Of a DNA stretch of 64,000 nt, positions 57,074-64,000 are shown piece after piece (positions within the stretch are counted from its first letter, which is position 1; the number at the start of each line of letters is the position of its first letter). The notes below the pieces were generated by a model. That model made no database searches, was not told where the DNA came from, and saw only the letters and a program-made list of their open reading frames with translations. The translations under genes were made by a program, and so were the position numbers. Source of the stretch: Microthyrium microscopicum (Eukaryota); NCBI GenBank assembly GCA_010405405.1, contig MU004243.1, forward strand, positions 305,340 through 369,339. The letters are read 5' to 3'.

Positions 57074-58761
57074 TCAAACAACCTCCAAAATCAATACCCA
57101 GTCTGGGTGTGTGGTACTTTTCGGTGGACTGAACAGCCTCTGACTGGACCCACCAGTTAAGTATTCGAAACTTGAATATGTTCCATTCGTTGGATCATAC
57201 CAAGACGCCTTGACTTGACCAATTGATAGAGACTTAGTTTCAACTGTGACTGGTTTACCAGTTGGGCTATACACCATGATGAAGGATCCTGTAGAGTCTC
57301 GGGTGGCTGTGATGTGCTCCTCTCCAGCTCCGACGTCGCCAATGATAACTGACTGATCAGGGATACGGCTGTAAAACGCAGCACGATCGGTGATAACCTT
57401 TTGGATCCATTGCATCTGTCCTGCGCCCGCTAGACTCAACTCTGACCAAACACTAACCGCTGGACCGCTAGGATCGTGCTTGTAGACATCAGGAATGTAA
57501 CCTTGCATTACATTGTCAGAGCCATAGGTGAGACCAGAAGCACCAGAGAAGACCTGCCTGGGTCAGCGTTGAAATTAACAGATAATCCTCTTCCACTCAC
57601 ACTCTGCATGTTCCCTATCCTTACATCTTTGGCCGTCCAGACTGTATTTTTCCCGTCTCTATTCTTTCCATTGATGTATCGATTCTCATAATGTGCTTCA
57701 TTGTCGATTAGTGGCCTGGGCTTCGGATTTTTGTACATCGCTTCAATCGCCTCATACGGCTTCTCCGCATTCCACCACGCCATCGGCGGATTTGGCTGAT
57801 AATTCGTATGCCCAGTCTGACTGGCATCGAAAGTGAGCCAAGGGCGGTTGTCAAAGAAAGCCGAGGAAATAGCAATAGGACCAGGCGTAAACCACTGATT
57901 GGTTGGATGAATTGTAATCATAGCAGGTGTTGTTTCCTGGTCAATGCCTGCTTCAACTTCACCACTAATTAAACCCTCCGCGAGCTTATCGTAAACTGGA
58001 CTATAATCTGTCATTTTGTGAGTTTTACTGCGCCTATTCCTGTAATCATCGACGACTGCAGACTTGTTGGTCCATATAGGATTGATGTCAGCTACAAGAA
58101 GCTTTGGTAGGCCAGGATAGCGTTTTCCAATCCAATGACCAAATTCTTTGACATTCGTTCCATTTAGGATTCCGGGTTTATTGGCTGTTGATGTTAGACT
58201 TGGCATTTGACAAAGGAGATACTCTGGATCAGCAGTCTAGTGAAAACTTACAGCTCGAAAAGAAATAAGTGCCACCCCAAGCTGGAACCATAGCAATTCG
58301 AATACGCTTCTGGAATGCCATTTCCACGATTCGGTCCACATGCTTCCAATAGGGCTCATTAGGACGAGTTGGATCTTGGCTGATCAATGGAAGGTCGCCA
58401 TTACGATTCTTGTCTTTTGGTCTATATTGAACTTAGACAAGAATCTCAGCAAAAAGGGCGATATATGTTGGTTTAATCATGAGTAGTATTTGATGAGAAC
58501 TTACCCCCATTGCGTGAGTGCAGTAGCTAGAATCACGTTGAATTTCTTAGATGCTCGATCGGTCAGATATCTATCAGCATCTTCCAGCGAGAACTTATGG
58601 AAAAGTCCCCAAGCTGTATCCGCTTGCCAGAAAAATCTCTTGCCATCTTCAGTTTCAAAAAGGCGGCCGTTTGCTTGCAAAGCGTAGCCCGGAAGATTCA
58701 GTGAGGAACAGAAAGTGGCAAAAAGGCCACAGAAAACCAAAACGTAACCAGGAAAAGGCAT
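57074..58761 (-). CDS. Secreted DUF4038 (GH140 apiosidase-like) glycoside hydrolase with a C-terminal collagen-binding-like domain
   Basis: Signal peptide; RFFWQADTAW, PNEPYWKHVDRIV, MVPAWGG, TIHP, QTGH, IDNEAHYE, ASWYDPTNG and DWVLIL. Three introns. Confidence 0.85.
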
Positions 58762-59049
58762 TGTGTTCGATAGGAACCTGTGCCGGGATCCATGGCGTTC
58801 AACGAGGACTAAAAATGTTGCCAAAGCTTGCTCTTGGGATCTGCTATGCCATATTTTCTCTCAAAGAATGGACACTGGCCTATACCCGGGTTTGAGTGTA
58901 TAGAGTGGGCGTTTAATCTATTCAAATTTAACCATGCTTAGGTCAGTACTATAACCACCTAATTATTCCGATGATTCTCAAGAATATGGACAGATCAAAT
59001 AACCTCGCTCTTCATGTTACAATAAATGTTTGGATGTTCCAGATATTCC

Positions 59050-61533
59050 TTAGACTGGTTGGAAGATATATGTGTCCCAAAACCCATCGAAGGTCCACTG
59101 TGAGAAGTCAGAAGCTTCTAGCCATTCTTCCTGAGATCCAGGAAAGATCAAAGGTCTATCTCCATCAACATTTGGAAGCGTCTAAAACAGTCAGTAGTGC
59201 GCGGCAGAAAGTTATCAGTATCAACTTACACTTGCTTCGTTTGAGCCTGCAGTTTGCCGATGACCTGATAAGCTTGGAGTAGTTTTCACGTCACTAGAAC
59301 GACTCTCCACGGTAGTAGCCTGATTACACGCCGAAAAATTAATGGTTTTATGGGTACAACAAAGTGGCATACTACATACCAATGGATGTGTTGCCATGAT
59401 GGTGGACTTTTCTTTAAAGCTACGTTTACGAGCAGCTATGACACGATAGCAGAGGGCTGCTACACGCTCCCAGGCCTGCTGCTCGCGCTCATTTTTGGTC
59501 TGTTCGTCTGGAGCAGCACGAGCTTGCATGAAGCCATACGCTGCAGATACATACCAGTATTCTTTGAAACCACGACCAGTACTCATGACATTCTCTTGGA
59601 TTACTGAAAGCGCGTCCTCAATGTTCTTTTCCGCTGAGACTGTACATTGGGCAAGAATATGGCCTCCTAAAGACGATTAAATTGGCGTGACTAGTAGATG
59701 TGGCGAAGCTTACCAGGTGAATCAGACCCGAACATAATTTGGCAGAGTGTAAGAGCAGGACGCAGAAGGCCTCCAACGCTGAGCAAAGAGTAGATCGAAA
59801 AGCCTAGTCTTTGTAAACTTTTAAAGCTTTGAAGGATAGAGATCGCTGTCTCAGCGCAAACAAAAGTCGAGTAACTCATTTTAGATCGGCTTGTGGATAT
59901 TTGAAGGAAGCGGAAGTGTACTAATAGCAAATATTGTTGAAGCTGTATCTCAAGCATAGTCCGAACTGCATCGCCTTTTTGAACATCCCACAGTGGTAGC
60001 TCTTCACGGAGCGCCGTGATGCGGCCGTCGTATTCCAGGACCACATCGTGTGAAAGATTGAACATGGGATCATTGAGTATGGAACATAGCTCAGATCGTA
60101 GTCGAACTGATTGTTGAGAGAGGGACAAGAACGAAGTACTCGATAATTCGTGGACTGAATTCGCATGTGGTATAGTTTCCGAATCATCGCCGTATGTGTC
60201 ATCGCTGAGGTTTTTTGGCGGATTGCAGTCCCATTGCTGGTTACCCAACAAGGATGACATGCCACGATCCAGAGAGGCTTGGAGATCAATCTCTGCGACG
60301 GTGGCCCACAGTCTTCTTCGCATTTCCTGGTTGTATGGGGAGATTTTGCTACCTAAAGCAGACGATTCTCTGTGCAGGCCCGCAGCCATGGCAAATCTCA
60401 GTAGGCATCCAGCAGAAGTCCAAGTCTGCTTCAGCTGAATGCAATTGACTTGTTTTGCCATGTGTATCAATATTCGAATTTGGAAGAGCTCGACTGTCAG
60501 GTGCTTTCGGGTCTGCGTCGAAAGCCATGCTTCGCAAGATTCGATAACGACTGATGATGGCTCCAATGAAACCATGTTCATTTCAGAAGCCTGCAGTTGA
60601 TCAGTGGGTGCAAGGACTCTAGTAATAACAACAACAAGGATCAATATTACACCAAAAGTGTCGTTTTGTTCAGGCGTAGAACAGGATTCCCAGAAGCAGT
60701 CAAAGTCTTTCCAGAACTTGGGACCATGCAAGATTCGATACATAATCTCTACTCGCTCAAAATACAAGTCCGATAGCAGTTTGGCTACCTGTTGGTTTGG
60801 GAGCATATCAATAACAGATAATCCTGGACTAGCAACATTTTTCTCATTGCTCTTCCGTATGCTATCCTGAAGAGTTTTGAGGTCATCGCTCAAATGTGGA
60901 TAGGTTTTATAAGCTGTTCTTATTTCCTTCCCAATAAAGCTTCGCAGGGCAGGGAACTTTCAAACAGTCAGGAAAAAATTATCTTGATGGTGCTCCTACT
61001 CAGGTCATACGTACCTGTAAGAGAGGACTGGTCGGGTTCGTAGCACCAAAGTATTGCGTTGCGAACTCTTTACCTTTGAAGAGCATAGTTTCAGGTCGAC
61101 GAGGATCCGAACCAGAATTTTCATGTAGCGAATGGACCATTTGTTCATTACTTCTCGGGACATGATCAATAGGCCTTTGGCCACCAACAATGGGGATACC
61201 ATTGGACACGGAGGTCATGGACCGCGCAGATAATGAATCCGCGGAACTTTTTGTTTTATTGAACTTCAATCGAGACACCGCTTCGATCTGCGATCTAGCG
61301 TCATTTGCTGTCCAGCTATTGTGACTACTCTTCTCAGCTTGGATATCTTGGCCATTGGAATAACTACAACTTGTTTTGGACTTTATGCAACGTCCGCAAG
61401 CTGGCACTCCCTGGTCGCACTTCAGCTTACGTTGATGGCAAGTATCGCAAGCAAGTGTTCTTCTTTTACGCTTGCGAGTCGTAGACTTGAGTAATTTCCC
61501 GTTGTCGGATTGAGATTCATGTTGTGGATCCAT
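59050..61533 (-). CDS. Zn2Cys6 transcription factor with fungal-specific middle homology region
   Basis: ACDTCHQRKLKCDQGVPACGRCIKSKTSCSY; AMAAGLHRE...EMRRRLWATVAEIDLQASLDRG; acidic/aromatic C-terminus ending QPV* at 59050. Confidence 0.92.
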
Positions 61534-61975
61534 TTTTCCATAGGTACGACGTTCGGGTCTCTATGTTGTTAGTCGATGATATCGGCAATTTCATGAGAGA
61601 GTCAGCTATGCGTGAATCAAATGCTGCTAGAGCGACATCAAGGCCGAACGAAAGAAGCAGAAAGGAGACAATAATCAAATGCTGACTAGCAGAGTTGAGC
61701 TTCGGAGATAGAGGTTAGGCCGACAAAGCCGACAAAGCCGACCGAGCTTGGAAGGCCTCCGTCTTGCCAATACTTTTGAAGCCGGTAGCATATGACTCGA
61801 AATCCCAGCCGGGGTAGTCCTCAATTTACAGCTGAGTGACAATGGCTGTATTCGGGCAGGTATTGAATGAGTTGTATAAAAGGTCAGTGATGGAGCAGGT
61901 AGGCGACATCAACACAATTCACGAACACCATCAACCCATGAGTTTTACCAAATCTCCAAAGGTAGCCTCCACACA

Positions 61976-63034
61976 ATGTCACTACAAAATACTCTAGCCG
62001 TCATCAGTCAGGCTGGACGTAGTCTTTCTTTCTTTGATCTAGCCTCAGGCGAACGAGTTTTACATGTTTCCAATCTTACTGCTGAACCACACGAAGTCGC
62101 CTACGACTCAAAGACCAAGAAACTCTACATATCCCACACATATGAGTATGGCTTTTACAACAGACATGGGGACTATGGTAATACAATTAGTGTCTTCGAC
62201 ATTGAGCAGCAGATTGTATCCGGCACCATTGACATCTCACCATATCGCGGTCCGCATGGTCTGCATTTGTCATGCAACGCAGACATTCTGTTCATCAGCG
62301 TTGAAGGCGGTTTTGACGGCACTTTTGGTCCTGGTGGCGTTATCGGTATCGAACTTTCGAGTGGAGATTACCAGCTCGTTAAAGCTGTAGCCAGCGTAGC
62401 TCGTTCTCACTGGCTTGTTGTCTCTGAAGACGGAAAGAAAGCATATACCACCAACAAGGAACGGGAATACATCTCTGTACTGGACTTGGCTGATGAAAAG
62501 CTAGCCAAGCAGATTCCAATCCCTGGCAGCGAGGACGGGGATATTTCTTCCGATGGCCGCTTTGTTTATTATCCTTTCCCAACTTTGGACCTGAAATTGA
62601 CAATGCCGCTGGGAGAATTCGGTTTCAAAGTCATCGACACTAAAACAGACGAAGTCACTCGGACAATGCTGACAGATCTACCAGTCATGTCGATCAAATG
62701 CACCTCAAAAGGAAAGCTCGCAGTTGGACAATACGCAACTAAAATCGATGCGATTTCCCAACAGCTTGTTCCGTTCAATGGAAAAGTGACGATTTATGAC
62801 TCGCAGAGTCTAGAGGCAGAGGGCGAAGTGACAGTGGGTTTATTTCCGTTGACAATGTTAGCGAGTCTAGACGGGGACACTCTGTTTGTTGCTAATATGG
62901 CTTCTGGGACCGTAGATATCATAGATATGAACGGTAAGAAGACTTTGAAGACTTTCCTTGTAGATGCTGGAGCTGGCAAAGTTGAAAACGCGCCAATATA
63001 TCAAGGGGCACATGGCATGGCATTAATAGCTTGA
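61976..63034 (+). CDS. Intronless YVTN/YncE-like beta-propeller protein
   Basis: Repeated blades EPHEVAYDSK.KKLYIS, GPHGLHLS...DILFIS, RSHWLVVSEDGKKAYTTN, DISSDGRFVY, SLDGDTLFVAN and C-terminal GAHGMALI. No signal peptide. Confidence 0.85.
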   Translation: MSLQNTLAVISQAGRSLSFFDLASGERVLHVSNLTAEPHEVAYDSKTKKLYISHTYEYGFYNRHGDYGNTISVFDIEQQIVSGTIDISPYRGPHGLHLSCNADILFISVEGGFDGTFGPGGVIGIELSSGDYQLVKAVASVARSHWLVVSEDGKKAYTTNKEREYISVLDLADEKLAKQIPIPGSEDGDISSDGRFVYYPFPTLDLKLTMPLGEFGFKVIDTKTDEVTRTMLTDLPVMSIKCTSKGKLAVGQYATKIDAISQQLVPFNGKVTIYDSQSLEAEGEVTVGLFPLTMLASLDGDTLFVANMASGTVDIIDMNGKKTLKTFLVDAGAGKVENAPIYQGAHGMALIA

Positions 63035-64000
63035 CGGAAGTTAAATTTGATTCCTTCTGTCACTTCGTTATTTATAGCTTAAAAATGTCATGCAATTCGT
63101 GGGTACTACTCCTTCATTGGATGCTATTGTGATCTTCAAGCTCAAGAAATTACAACCATAGCTCAGGCTAGCGCGTTCGTCAGATTCAATTCAGAAGAAA
63201 CAGTCTCTTTGCACATATTTCTGCTCTCCATGAAATGTTCTTGCTAGGAATCTTTTTTGAAGACCTCTTCAGTCATTGGTCAAGGTTCCAATAAGAGGCA
63301 ATAAAGGAAGGAACATATGCTGCCCGTGACCTTTTCTTGTAATAACACACCTAGGTAGGTAGGTATTCAACTTGCTATGTCGCTGATAGTTGAACTCTAC
63401 GTATTAGTTTCAAGTTCTTCTGTACTAAGTAATACAACCTGGACAATGGGTTTCGCCAGATTTCAAATACAATATGAACTAGAATACTACTTTGGCCTCA
63501 ACACTCGACTTAGAACATCAGGGTTTTGGTGAAGTCAGGTAAGTAGTTCAAGTTTGTAGTACGATTTGGTGTTTCGTATCGCACAGTTTCTTGAAGTAAA
63601 TAAGCGAGGTTGATTTATCGAGAATCCGTTGATTGAGTTCATGACGCCTTGAAGTTGAGAAGTTCATCCGATTACAGGCCCCCTAAGCTTTTGGTGCCCA
63701 CCGGAAGTCACTCCGCCAATGCACTTCGGACGTATCAATCAACCCTACGAGCAGTAGGCTGCAGGGAACCGGGTGAACTCCATCAAACGGGACATTATGA
63801 GCTGAGGGCGTCGATAGTAGAATGTATGATTGCTACCGCTTTTCTTTGTATTTATTGCCAGGGAAGCCCACTCGAATACTGATTTGATCATAATATCCCA
63901 CCATCTAATTCCTCATTGCACCAGTCCAGCTTGCAAGTATACCATTTGATTCATTGTTAATTCCACTGCTGGTCTTTATTTATTGCGAACCAATTGTATT

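Overview
This is 64 kb of a filamentous ascomycete (Pezizomycotina) nuclear genome, judged from short GT-AG introns with CTRAC branch sites, Zn2Cys6 regulators and RIP-type mutation. I support about 22 protein-coding genes. Housekeeping and signalling genes: SYM1/MPV17, an Rds1-like ferritin-fold protein, SUR7/PalI, DMC1, GIS2/CNBP, UAP1, an MKK1-type MAPKK, a GGCT-like protein, a spartin-like protein and TRP2. Secreted or surface genes: a GH11 xylanase with an unusual (MPKNQGG)9-(FPGG)n tail, an A1 aspartic protease, a CFEM protein, a DUF4038/GH140-like glycosidase and an uncharacterised GPI-type protein. There is also a CorA-like membrane protein and two Zn2Cys6 factors, one of them head-to-head with an intronless His-motif YVTN beta-propeller. 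Three transposons have readable ends. One is a full-length, RIP-destroyed Ty1/copia element (28145-35058; 154-bp LTRs, CTATT TSD). One is a 461-bp TIR element with an 8-bp TSD. One is a 310-bp PIF/Harbinger-like MITE with an AAT TSD and an internal hairpin. The best leads are the TF/beta-propeller(/GH140) module, the xylanase repeat tail, the two MITEs, an apparent GT-GG intron in SYM1 and a divergent DMC1. All gene models were spliced by eye and family calls come from motif recognition, not database searches.
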